Positions 35,595 to 44,734 of a stretch of DNA of 56,858 bases are shown in pieces. The stretch is from the sequence record NC_071011.1; one strand, given 5' to 3'. The DNA comes from Klebsiella phage vB_KpnS-Carvaje. The position numbers and the translations under genes were made by a program. Below the pieces are notes generated by a model. It saw only the letters and a program-made list of their open reading frames with translations, did not search any database and was not told the DNA's origin. Position 1 is the first letter of the stretch. Each line of letters begins with the position of its first letter.

Positions 35595-35679
35595 TTCAAC
35601 CGATGTGAATGATTTGTGGTTGGATATTTATTTTAAATGCGCTTATACGCACAACGCGTTAGTAGACAGCCTTCAGTAA
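35431..35679 (+). CDS. o-spanin (Rz1-like lipoprotein) embedded in and extending beyond the i-spanin gene
   Basis: MKKLILFFVMSVLLLNISAC lipobox signal. Confidence 0.65.
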   Translation: MKKLILFFVMSVLLLNISACTTNELPKQKAVYQAALVQKCQTENLPRLNGLTGTDSTDVNDLWLDIYFKCAYTHNALVDSLQ

Positions 35680-35892
35680 TTCTTCAACGCTCACTTCAAC
35701 CCAAGACGCCGGGACAGGGTATTCAGTCCGATACATGAACAGGGATGTTCCGATCAGACCGTTAGGATCTGTTTTAATTCCCTGCATGGCAACCAGTGGT
35801 AAAAACTGTTCACGCGTTTGTGACAATCGCGCAAAGCGCCCTGTGGGACGTTTCGCAGGGTCCATAGGGTTAAACTCAACGATTGTTGACAT
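35659..35892 (-). CDS. hypothetical protein
   Basis: 77-aa ORF, last gene of the long leftward block. Confidence 0.35.
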   Translation of the reverse strand: MSTIVEFNPMDPAKRPTGRFARLSQTREQFLPLVAMQGIKTDPNGLIGTSLFMYRTEYPVPASWVEVSVEELLKAVY

Positions 35893-35907
35893 AAGCGATC
35901 CTCTTTG

Positions 35908-36687
35908 TTAGTAAATACCCATTGATGCTAAATTAATACGTTTATTAGCAATTTCGAAATATTCTTTATCTAACTCTATACCGATAAAATTACGATTAGT
36001 CTTCACGGCAGCAACACCTGTTGTTCCACTACCCATTGTGAAATCTAAAACCGTATCACCTTCTTTTGTGTAAGTTAAAATAAGATATTCCATTAACTCT
36101 ACAGGTTTTTGCGTGGGATGAACTGTTTTATTCTCACTCTGAATATTCAATTGAGTGCATGGGTATCCTGTAAATTCTTGAATATACGTAGGTTCGTGTA
36201 ACTTGTTATTTGGTCCTAAATTTTCACCATTACGACCCAAAAAACCAGAACCACCACCGCCGTTTTTAGCCACTTTATTAATACGTTTCAAACCTTGTGG
36301 GTAATAGTTCATCATCGAAGATGCACCATTCGCAACAGAACCTTTACTGAAAACCAAAACGCTTTCGTGACCACCCATTGGTTTTAGTTTTGCTCTTACA
36401 AAATCAGTTCGTTTTGATTTATTCCACACCCAATCGTATTTAAACATTTTGATGTTTGAATTTACTAAAATACTTGCAAACGGTTGTGTTGCCGTAAGAA
36501 CGATTGCCCCTTTATCCGTAATGATTCGATTTAAATTTGACCACATTAAATCTAAATCTATTATCGAATCCCATTTGCAAGCAGTTGTACCATACGGAGG
36601 ATCTGTAAGAATTAAATCAATCGATTTTTCAGTAATGAAGTTCATCATGAACAAACAATCTTGATTGAATAATTTAACGTCAACCAT
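35908..36687 (-). CDS. DNA N6-adenine methyltransferase (Dam-like, beta-class)
   Basis: DPPYG motif IV near the N-terminus and the SAM motif VLDFTMGSGTTG near the C-terminus; start ATG 36687 with GGAGAG RBS. Confidence 0.8.
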   Translation of the reverse strand: MVDVKLFNQDCLFMMNFITEKSIDLILTDPPYGTTACKWDSIIDLDLMWSNLNRIITDKGAIVLTATQPFASILVNSNIKMFKYDWVWNKSKRTDFVRAKLKPMGGHESVLVFSKGSVANGASSMMNYYPQGLKRINKVAKNGGGGSGFLGRNGENLGPNNKLHEPTYIQEFTGYPCTQLNIQSENKTVHPTQKPVELMEYLILTYTKEGDTVLDFTMGSGTTGVAAVKTNRNFIGIELDKEYFEIANKRINLASMGIY

Positions 36688-37027
36688 GTGGCACACTCTC
36701 CACACTGTAATAAACGGGGATGCCCAGCCGTTCAGCCTCTGCAATTTCTGCCAGTGTGCCAGACGAACGACGGTAATCAGGAAGCACCAGAACAGCATCA
36801 CAGCGGCGCATAACTTCCAGTGTACCTGACAGGTAGTATTCAGGCTGAACGTTGCGCAGACCGCCGTCAAAGTCCCAAAGTTCGGTGTTCTTGTGTGGGA
36901 TTACCGGGAACCATTCAGGACGCTCTAACGTCAGACGTTTACCCATTTGTTCAGCACGAGACACGTTACGGGATGTTTTAAGCGCACATTCAGCACGGTA
37001 AGGCCCGGCAATATAGCAGAGTTTCAT
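36680..37027 (-). CDS. DUF4406 / nucleoside 2-deoxyribosyltransferase-like protein
   Basis: 115 aa; KLCYIAGPY ... CDAVLVLPDYRRSSGTLAEIAEAERLGIPVYY typical of the NDT-like Rossmann family. Confidence 0.6.
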   Translation of the reverse strand: MKLCYIAGPYRAECALKTSRNVSRAEQMGKRLTLERPEWFPVIPHKNTELWDFDGGLRNVQPEYYLSGTLEVMRRCDAVLVLPDYRRSSGTLAEIAEAERLGIPVYYSVESVPHG

Positions 37028-37356
37028 TGTTTATCTTCCTGCATCTGTAAGAATACGATCATCGCGGCGCGAAGTGGGTTTACGTCAGTGACAGCACTAT
37101 CACTTGCATAAAAACAAACGTCAAAATCTCCGGTAATCCCATCAATTACGGTATCAACCGGTGCTGCAATCCATTTATCATCGAGTGATACGATACTTAT
37201 CTTGTTAGCAACAATGATCGACCATGCATCTGTTGGATTATTGCAATAATGTTTGTTATATCCTTTTACATGACGTAAATTTGTATATGGAGGATGTAAG
37301 ATATCATCAACTTTTTTATTGATCTCAAAGTCGCTCAACTTACTGTAATCAGTCAT
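37024..37356 (-). CDS. hypothetical protein
   Basis: 110-aa ORF. Confidence 0.4.
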   Translation of the reverse strand: MTDYSKLSDFEINKKVDDILHPPYTNLRHVKGYNKHYCNNPTDAWSIIVANKISIVSLDDKWIAAPVDTVIDGITGDFDVCFYASDSAVTDVNPLRAAMIVFLQMQEDKQ

Positions 37357-37885
37357 GACGTTTCATTCCTTCTAACATATCCCAGATGATAGCCACACGG
37401 CGCGGGTTGGTGCTGATTGAATGCAGGGTTTCGCACCCGTGATGATAGCCCCAGCGAACAGATAGTTCTGATAACAGGTAGCCGCGAGTATTAGCCAGTT
37501 CTGCCAGTTCACCCGGCGCGAAAACAGTTGTATTCGGCTCTGTCAGAACATGCGAGCCGAAAATTGCGTCAGTGATGCGCCACGGTTTCATGAGGTCGTC
37601 AACCATGTACCAGTTACTGATACTGATTTCAGAAACACCCCAGCGTGCAGCCAGTTTCAAACGTTCCTGGCGCGGCGGGAAAACCGGCATTCGTGGTAAA
37701 CGCAATTCGATCTGTTCTACAGGTTCAAAAAGTGCGTCATCGGTCAGGCGGAATTCACCACGGTCATCAATGTAGAAACCACGGGATTTCCCGTCACGAA
37801 CGAACCCGTCAACGCGGTTGTAAACTTTACCCGGCGTAAACACGCCAATGGTGGAACCAGAAAGGAATTTATGTGAAGTATGCAT
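37349..37885 (-). CDS. hypothetical protein
   Basis: 178-aa ORF. Confidence 0.4.
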   Translation of the reverse strand: MHTSHKFLSGSTIGVFTPGKVYNRVDGFVRDGKSRGFYIDDRGEFRLTDDALFEPVEQIELRLPRMPVFPPRQERLKLAARWGVSEISISNWYMVDDLMKPWRITDAIFGSHVLTEPNTTVFAPGELAELANTRGYLLSELSVRWGYHHGCETLHSISTNPRRVAIIWDMLEGMKRHD

Positions 37886-37925
37886 TGTTTATCGCCTCAG
37901 TAAGTTTTAAATAATTCTATACGGT

Positions 37926-39809
37926 TTACCGTAACGGCGCAACCAGCTTTTCAGCCTCTTTAATGTAAAACTCATAGTTCAGTGTTGCCCGGTTGAAGCG
38001 CTGCATGTTGTTACACTCTGTTACTGTCCACCCTTTGCATACCGCCATGCGACGTTCTGGTGCGTTAGGATCAATCTTCAGTGCTTTAGCCAGTGGTGGC
38101 ATGACTTTTATTAACGGTGCACCATCAGTGCTGACATAATAACGGGTAATATTTTGAACCTGCTGATCGCCACACATTAGTTTGCTGTTACGGGGAACTT
38201 TCGTCACTAGCATGAAATCATGAATATCTTCATGTGATGTTATAAACTTACGAATATCTTTACCGTATACCAGCGCGGCTTCAGCAGCTTTTGCAACAAC
38301 CTGCATACTGTGGTTCTGATGCCAACCCAGGTCGCCGTTAGGGTTTGCATCAGTCTTAGTAGTGTGACAGTACGCACCTTTACGTTTAACTTTCTTACCG
38401 CCTTCATAAACAGCGATGTAGTTGTTTACATCACGAATAAACATCGCGTCATAAATGGCTTCTTCCAGTTCCAGACGTGTCAGTTTTTCCCACGCGTGAC
38501 GAACCTGTTCAACCTGTCCTGTAAACACACGGGGGACGTATACTGTAAGACCATCAGTGTTAGCCTGAATCATAGACAGACCCGGAATTTTCAGAAGTTC
38601 TTCAGCTAACATACACAACAGTAACTGACCGTTGATAGTGATCGACATTGTATACGCCGGGTCATAGAACGGGCTGTATACGTTATTTGAGTCACCGTAA
38701 ACACCGTTAAGTGCCAGTTTTAACATTGCGTTTTCTGGCGTACCTTTCGGGTAGCTGGAACGCATGTCATAAACGTTTTTATAAATCACACAGAACTGTT
38801 TGCCCAGATGTGCCGGGAACAGTTCATTACTGATCGCCAGGTTCGGGTAAAAACTGGCAACATCTAAATCGATGATCACATAATTATCAGTTGACCGGAT
38901 TGTTTGAGATTCAATCGATCCGTGGATACCACCTGTACCGAAATCAAAAGCAAAACCGTTAATGTTTGCACTCAGATCTGTAAATACACCTTTTGTTTCA
39001 GTGATCACCTGCTGACGTAACCAGTTTAATACACGGTTAAATTCAGGTTGTTCAAAACGGATATACGGAAAAATGACGTCATTAAGTGCAATTGAAGGTC
39101 GGATTGTTTGCCGTGGTTTTTTACCCGGTCCAGGGTAATAACATTCGATTCCTGATTTTTCCAGTTCCATAATGAAATAATCTTTACCAATTTTCGTATC
39201 ATTATGGTTCATAAAATTTCGATTATATTTAGCACTTAGTTCACGCCGGAAATCGATCAGTTTTTTACTGTGACCGTGGAACATTAAAGTCGCTTTCAAA
39301 TCGTGGATAAGATAGTGCCGAAGTGTATCAATTTGAGAATCAGTTAAATATATCCCTGGTGTAAAAGGAAGGTCTTCAATATTTTCCATTCTCATATTGA
39401 ACTCAAGCGTTTTTAAACTTGTTCTTTTTGCCTGATTATCAAAGTGGTGAATCTTATAAAGATCAATTTGTGGAACAATCCAGTCATTTTCCCACACCAT
39501 GTGAGCAAAACGATTATCATCGCCACAGTTAATGATCGCATCACCTTTACGATAAATATCAGCATTGGTGATATACATGATATTATTGAGTATCGAATGT
39601 TGAACAGGGTAGTCATAACCAATGTTGTTATAACCCACTTCTTCAGCACCATGTTCACGAAGAAATTCAGTGAACATGTAATACGCCTGACGATCATCCC
39701 GGCGATGCGAAATTTCAAAAATATAAGGCGTTCCTGTCAAAGCGTGAATAGCACCAAATAACCACACGTTAGGGTAATTTTCAATATCGTAAATGTAAGC
39801 GTCTGACAT
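37926..39809 (-). CDS. family B DNA polymerase, compact, with 3'-5' exonuclease motifs
   Basis: 627 aa; Exo I YDIE, Exo II N..GYD, Exo III Y...D; PolB motif A DLDVASFYPNLAI (DxxSLYPS), motif B KLALNGVYG (KxxxNSxYG), motif C NTDGL (DTD-like), KGAYC (KxY). Confidence 0.65.
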   Translation of the reverse strand: MSDAYIYDIENYPNVWLFGAIHALTGTPYIFEISHRRDDRQAYYMFTEFLREHGAEEVGYNNIGYDYPVQHSILNNIMYITNADIYRKGDAIINCGDDNRFAHMVWENDWIVPQIDLYKIHHFDNQAKRTSLKTLEFNMRMENIEDLPFTPGIYLTDSQIDTLRHYLIHDLKATLMFHGHSKKLIDFRRELSAKYNRNFMNHNDTKIGKDYFIMELEKSGIECYYPGPGKKPRQTIRPSIALNDVIFPYIRFEQPEFNRVLNWLRQQVITETKGVFTDLSANINGFAFDFGTGGIHGSIESQTIRSTDNYVIIDLDVASFYPNLAISNELFPAHLGKQFCVIYKNVYDMRSSYPKGTPENAMLKLALNGVYGDSNNVYSPFYDPAYTMSITINGQLLLCMLAEELLKIPGLSMIQANTDGLTVYVPRVFTGQVEQVRHAWEKLTRLELEEAIYDAMFIRDVNNYIAVYEGGKKVKRKGAYCHTTKTDANPNGDLGWHQNHSMQVVAKAAEAALVYGKDIRKFITSHEDIHDFMLVTKVPRNSKLMCGDQQVQNITRYYVSTDGAPLIKVMPPLAKALKIDPNAPERRMAVCKGWTVTECNNMQRFNRATLNYEFYIKEAEKLVAPLR

Positions 39810-39820
39810 AGTAAATCCTG

Positions 39821-39846
39821 ATAAGTAAATGGGGCGCTATGGCCCC
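39821..39846 (-). terminator. possible terminator (minus strand) after the SSB-like gene
   Basis: GGGGC-gctatg-GCCCC followed on the minus strand by ATTTACTTAT; weak U-tract. Confidence 0.3.
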
Positions 39847-39888
39847 ATGTCTGTTTAAAGCGGTATGTCGTCCCAGTTCCAGTAACTA

Positions 39889-40827
39889 TCAGTAACCGTT
39901 ACCTGTGAGAAACCCCGGCGCGGGAGTGGTCATAACCATGTAACCCTGATCAATCATTGCCTGATCTGTCCAGCCACCTGCAACAAACTGTTCATAAGTT
40001 GCACCACCTGCTTTTTCAGTCATCACTTTCACAGGTGCTGCCGCTGGCGTAGGCGCTGCTACAGGTGCTGCTACAGGTGCTGCCGCTGGCGTAGGCGCTG
40101 GCGTAGGCGCTGCTACAGGTGCTGCCGCTGGCGTAGGCGCTGCTACAGGTGCTGCCGCTGGCGTAGGCGCTGCTACAGGTGCTGCTACAGGCGCTGCTAC
40201 AGGTGCTGCCGCTGGTGTAGTCGCTGCGCCGATCGCAGTAGCGCCTGCTGGCATTGCTGGTACAGCACCAAACACAGAAGCAGGAGCCGGACCAGAAATG
40301 ATTTCTTCACCTGCGTATAGCAGTTGCGCCATTTCCATATTGATATACATCCCCGCCTGATTGCCAGTACGACCATTAGGAGACGTTGAGCCGCTAATAC
40401 GGTAATAGTAGCCTTTTTTGGCCTGATTTTTATCGATCACAGGCTGGAATTGTGCGTTATACAACGGGCAAGCATCGATCGCCACGTTGCGTGAAAATCC
40501 GATTACCCAGTGACCAGGATAACCCGTTTTTCCGGCGTGTTTTGGATCGTCACCATTCGTGATTTTCCATGCAAAAGTAGGTTGTTGCGTTTCACCATTT
40601 ACATAGTGTGCGCCAGCAGCTTTCAAAATTGCCTGGAATACCACACCCAGTTCACCTTGTTCTTCCCACCAGTTCGCGGCGGATTTAGGAAACGCCAGGC
40701 CAACCCACCAGTTGTATTTTTCAGGCGCGAGCGGTTTGTTTTCATGATCGCTGGTGTTCATATCAAAGAACGAGCCACCAACCAGACGACCAACCGGGGT
40801 GACGAATTTTTCAACAATCTTAGCCAT
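39889..40827 (-). CDS. DUF2815 family ssDNA-binding-like protein with low-complexity (AAPV)n linker and C-terminal tail motif
   Basis: 312 aa; N-terminal MAKIVEKFVTPVGRL... typical of DUF2815; linker AAAPVAAPVAAPVAAPTPAAAP...; C-terminal ATYEQFVAGGWTDQAMIDQGYM. Confidence 0.6.
   Translation of the reverse strand: MAKIVEKFVTPVGRLVGGSFFDMNTSDHENKPLAPEKYNWWVGLAFPKSAANWWEEQGELGVVFQAILKAAGAHYVNGETQQPTFAWKITNGDDPKHAGKTGYPGHWVIGFSRNVAIDACPLYNAQFQPVIDKNQAKKGYYYRISGSTSPNGRTGNQAGMYINMEMAQLLYAGEEIISGPAPASVFGAVPAMPAGATAIGAATTPAAAPVAAPVAAPVAAPTPAAAPVAAPTPAAAPVAAPTPAPTPAAAPVAAPVAAPTPAAAPVKVMTEKAGGATYEQFVAGGWTDQAMIDQGYMVMTTPAPGFLTGNGY
40031..40225. repeat. imperfect tandem repeats (12-18 bp units GCTGCTACAGGT / GCTGCCGCTGGCGTAGGC) encoding the (AAPV/AAPTP)n linker
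   Basis: Read directly; coding, in-frame. Confidence 0.8.
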
Positions 40828-40839
40828 GTTACTTACCTT

Positions 40840-41985
40840 TTATAACGGACGTGCGCCAGCGGGCATCGTCACGGGAGTATTAAAAACGGATTCAGCCATT
40901 GTGCTAAAACCAGTTCGAGCATCGGTATCAGGCACTAACGCAAACTGACCTTCAGGTTTTGTTGTGCACATGTCAACCAGTTCTTTCGGTAATGTTTTTT
41001 CCAGAGTAGCCAGAGTTTTCAATTTACGTTCATAAAGCGTATCAGGGTTGACACCAAACATAGGCGCAATACCAATCAGTTTCCCTTCATCGGTTAACTG
41101 ACGTTTTGTTTGTTTCGGAGCCAGTTTAAAACCGGGTAGCGGTTTACCCTGTCGAACGAAATGCAAACCCTGAATATGCAACGCAGTTTTAGCATCGCTT
41201 GCGCGTGAATAAAGTTCCTCCAGAAGCAATAAACGTTGTCCCACTTCTTCAGGGGTTAATGATGGTGGTGCATCCAGAACGGTAGCCAATTCTGTGATCC
41301 TCTCATAAAGAGCCGGGCATAAACCACGGGCCGGGCAATAATGACAATGTTCACCAACAATCAACGGCGCATCAATTTTGTGAGCATCAGCGAAACCTTT
41401 TTTAAACCGATCTGCCCACTCCATTAACACGCTGCGTGAAAACTGCCAGCGCCTTACAGGTCCGTCAGGATGCCACGCACGGGGTTGAATAACGGTGAAT
41501 ACCACTTGTTTAACTGAACTGATGCACCGTTGATCAAGCGCATAGTAAACACCCTGTGAGTTACCAACAGCATCAATCGCCTTATGGCCGTATTTGTAAT
41601 CCCAGATATACAGGGTATCAGTTAAAAAATCGTACCAGCGATAATCACAGATCCCATATTGCCCCGGCAACAACCAGTCAATGTGAATGCGAACTTCTGA
41701 AAACAGTGGATCGACTTTTGCACCAACTGATAAAATATCAGCAATGAATTCATCAGCATGTTCATGCATATCATCAGTTACTGTAATACCGTTTGGTGCA
41801 ACACAAGGCATTAATGGCGACTTACCTTTAATCTTTTGTTCAAGTACCCAGTGAGCCGCTTTACCTTCGTACTTGCTCTGACTTAAAGGTTCGTCAAAGT
41901 CGATCCGCTGCGACAGTTGAACGCTACCCGGACAAGATAACCAACGTTTTGAACCACTGGCACTAAAGGTAGCGTTGCGTGTCAT
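40840..41985 (-). CDS. DUF2800 family PD-(D/E)XK nuclease (Cas4/RecB-like, C-terminal Cys cluster)
   Basis: 381 aa; N-terminal SASGSKRWLSCPGS signature; C-terminal CHYCPARGLCP. Confidence 0.7.
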   Translation of the reverse strand: MTRNATFSASGSKRWLSCPGSVQLSQRIDFDEPLSQSKYEGKAAHWVLEQKIKGKSPLMPCVAPNGITVTDDMHEHADEFIADILSVGAKVDPLFSEVRIHIDWLLPGQYGICDYRWYDFLTDTLYIWDYKYGHKAIDAVGNSQGVYYALDQRCISSVKQVVFTVIQPRAWHPDGPVRRWQFSRSVLMEWADRFKKGFADAHKIDAPLIVGEHCHYCPARGLCPALYERITELATVLDAPPSLTPEEVGQRLLLLEELYSRASDAKTALHIQGLHFVRQGKPLPGFKLAPKQTKRQLTDEGKLIGIAPMFGVNPDTLYERKLKTLATLEKTLPKELVDMCTTKPEGQFALVPDTDARTGFSTMAESVFNTPVTMPAGARPL

Positions 41986-42773
41986 CAGAAGGATCCGCCC
42001 ATATTTTTGCTGACTTCTGCCTGACCCAGAATATTTTCAGCATCAGCAGGTGTCTGGTTGATACGCTCGATCAGGTCGATTGCAGATTTCAGTTGTGCAG
42101 GATCGGACAACGCCATGATATTCTGCGTGTTATACAGTGCCAGGATACGCTGACTAATCGGCGCGGCGCGATCGCCGGTAATCTGGCCGAACATCTGCAT
42201 CAGTGCAGACTGCAACACCTGACTGTTGTAAACTTTCGCTGGTTCTGATTCCACTGGCGGAACGTTAACCGGAGCAGCCGGAACGGTATTCACTGGTGCT
42301 GCGGGGACCGGGTTAGCGGGTGCAACAGGTACAGCAGGAGTCGGATCGACTGGTGCAACATAACCCGGCGCAAGTTCAGCGGGTCCGGTATAACGTCCGG
42401 CTGCTGCGGCTTCTGCGATCAGTTCGCGTTTCACTTTGTCCAGGAAAACTTCATCCAGTTTTTTACGCTGACGCCACAGGCCATCGCCTTTATTGATAGA
42501 TTTGCTGTCAGTGTGAATACGCGGATCGTGGCGCAGACCCCATGCGTCGAATTCGTCGGTGCTGGTTTCACCCTCTTCACCGTCATCAGATCCGGTCACA
42601 GGTGCTGCTGGAGGAAAGGTTACCTGCCCACTACAAATGTGAATGGCTTCTTTAGGGGTGCTGTTAGGATCAAACCGCATAATTGGCGCAGCACCAGTTG
42701 CAATAGCATTCGCCAGATTGTTGATCGCAGTTTCCAGACCAGGAGCGGTGATAAGCAATTTAACTTCAAACAT
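41985..42773 (-). CDS. hypothetical protein with Pro/Ala/Val-rich linker (first gene of the long leftward replication operon)
   Basis: 262 aa from ATG 42773 (RBS AAGGAA); the longer ORF would start inside the promoter. Confidence 0.45.
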   Translation of the reverse strand: MFEVKLLITAPGLETAINNLANAIATGAAPIMRFDPNSTPKEAIHICSGQVTFPPAAPVTGSDDGEEGETSTDEFDAWGLRHDPRIHTDSKSINKGDGLWRQRKKLDEVFLDKVKRELIAEAAAAGRYTGPAELAPGYVAPVDPTPAVPVAPANPVPAAPVNTVPAAPVNVPPVESEPAKVYNSQVLQSALMQMFGQITGDRAAPISQRILALYNTQNIMALSDPAQLKSAIDLIERINQTPADAENILGQAEVSKNMGGSF

Positions 42774-42812
42774 AGTTGGTTCCTTGTGTGGTTGATTGGT
42801 TGCTACGTGGCT

Positions 42813-42855
42813 AAGGTTACGAGTCAGGTTGCAATGTGTCAAGAATTATTTTATG
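42813..42855 (-). promoter_or_regulatory. promoter cassette, copy 8 (-35 TTGACA, 17 bp, -10 TAACCT)
   Basis: Reverse complement AAAATAATTCTTGACACATTGCAACCTGACTCGTAACCT. Confidence 0.5.
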
Positions 42856-43027
42856 ATTATTTCACATTCAAAACGGAGATACAGACCATGGGTTTATACA
42901 GTTTCATTCGTCATAACGTATTTTTCGATCGCGTAACAGGTAAGTATGTTTTCAGAGGCCGTGAGTTTAAACGAAACGGACAAGCACAGAAAGCCGCGCG
43001 TGACGCATACGTTAAGGAGAACCGCGC

Positions 43028-44692
43028 GTGAGTCAACAACCGTTACGTTACTATCAGCAGGACGCCGTTAACGGTGTGAATGCTGAATGGGACGCTGGTA
43101 AAAAAGATGTGATCCTGGTAATGCCTACCGGGAGCGGTAAAACGCGAACGATGGCTGAACTGGTTAAGGTTGACGGGATCAAAGTTATCCAGGCGCACCG
43201 TAAAGAACTGGTTAGTCAGATAGCAATGGCTATCGCTGCCCAGGGATTACCACACCGTTTCATTGCGCAAAAAGACGCTATTAAATTTGCTACTGGTCAG
43301 CAGATGAAAAAGCTGGGTTACAGCACCTACGCACCCGGCGCAGATATTGTTATAGCCAGTGCGCCCACGCTGCGAACAAAAAAATACGAACGTTGGCATG
43401 ATAGCGTAACCCGTGTTTTTTGTGATGAAGGCCATCATCTTGTACGCGGAACCATGTGGGGAACCTGCCGTGAACTTTTCCCTAAATCACTAGGGTTAAG
43501 TGTAACCGCATCACCGATCCGTGCCGATGGTAAGGGGCTTGGGCGTCATGCGTCTGGTTATGCTGATGCAATGGTAATCGGTCCGGCAATGCGTGAGTTA
43601 ATCAATCAGCAGCACCTGGCAGATTATCGCCTGATTATGGCTGAAACTGACATTGATCTGACTGCGGATATGATTTCCAGCACTACAGGGGATTACAAGC
43701 CATCTGCATTAAAAAAGGCAATGGAAGATTCAACCATTGTTGGCGACACAGTGAGTACCTGGAAGCTGTACGCTGACGGTATGTTGACTGTAGTTTTTAC
43801 AGTTGATGTTGACGCGGCTATAACACTGGCACAGGAATTCAGGGACGCAGGAATTCCGGCTGAAGCAATCAGTTCACGTAATACCGATCAGGAACGCGCT
43901 GATATTCTGGAGCGTTTCGAAAAACGTAAGACCCTGATTATGTGTAATGCGGATCTGTTCGGAGAAGGCTACGATTGCCCTGCAATGGAATGTGCCGTGA
44001 TGGACAGACCCACTGAATCCTATTCGTTGTTCATCCAGCAAATGGGACGCCCGTTACGCTATGTTCCGGGTAAAAAAGCACTCATCATTGATAAAGTGGG
44101 TAATGTCCGGCGCTTTATTGCTCGTGGGTTTCCTTTACCTGATCAACATTACAACTGGTCGTTAGACGACCGCGATCGTAAATCATCGAGTGGCGGGGCC
44201 AGCAATACAACCTGTACGAATAAAGGGGATGCTGCAAAAGGTATTGAACCCTGTCTGAAACCATACCCTGCAGGGCTTGCTGCCTGCCCTTACTGTGGTC
44301 ATGTGCCGGAAAAAGCATTACGTTCTGGTCCCGATCGGGTTGAGGGTAATTTACGCGAACTAACCCCTGAAGAACTCGAAGAACTGCGCCGGGCAGTGGT
44401 GATTATTGACCGTGACCCAGCAGCCGTTAAAGACCAGATGTTACACGCTGGCGCACCTGCTGTTGCAGCTTACAGCGCAATGAAAAATATTCAGGCGATG
44501 AATGACGCACAACGTAAGTTACGTTCCATGATAACCACATGGGCTGGGTTACAGCGTGATAAAGGTATTTCGCCTGATGATGCTTACCGTATGTTTTATC
44601 AGGTATTTGGCGTTGATGTTCTCAGTGCACAGGCGTTACACACGCGGGAAGCAAACGAGTTGTCAGCACGGGTTGCAGGAACTATGATTTAA
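43028..44692 (+). CDS. SF2 DNA helicase (DEAD/DEAH-box type) with C-terminal Cys4 zinc ribbon
   Basis: 554 aa; motif I VMPTGSGKT, motif II DEGHH, C-terminal CPYCGH; GTG start after AGGAGA. Confidence 0.8.
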   Translation: MSQQPLRYYQQDAVNGVNAEWDAGKKDVILVMPTGSGKTRTMAELVKVDGIKVIQAHRKELVSQIAMAIAAQGLPHRFIAQKDAIKFATGQQMKKLGYSTYAPGADIVIASAPTLRTKKYERWHDSVTRVFCDEGHHLVRGTMWGTCRELFPKSLGLSVTASPIRADGKGLGRHASGYADAMVIGPAMRELINQQHLADYRLIMAETDIDLTADMISSTTGDYKPSALKKAMEDSTIVGDTVSTWKLYADGMLTVVFTVDVDAAITLAQEFRDAGIPAEAISSRNTDQERADILERFEKRKTLIMCNADLFGEGYDCPAMECAVMDRPTESYSLFIQQMGRPLRYVPGKKALIIDKVGNVRRFIARGFPLPDQHYNWSLDDRDRKSSSGGASNTTCTNKGDAAKGIEPCLKPYPAGLAACPYCGHVPEKALRSGPDRVEGNLRELTPEELEELRRAVVIIDRDPAAVKDQMLHAGAPAVAAYSAMKNIQAMNDAQRKLRSMITTWAGLQRDKGISPDDAYRMFYQVFGVDVLSAQALHTREANELSARVAGTMI

Positions 44693-44734
44693 TGGTAATC
44701 TGTTTAGAATTATTTTAAACATAAGGTTGAACGA

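Noticed and set aside
40031-40225. Possible CRISPR array: regular 12-18-bp tandem repeats
   Set aside because: Repeats are contiguous with no spacers, lie in-frame inside the DUF2815 ORF and encode the (AAPV)n linker
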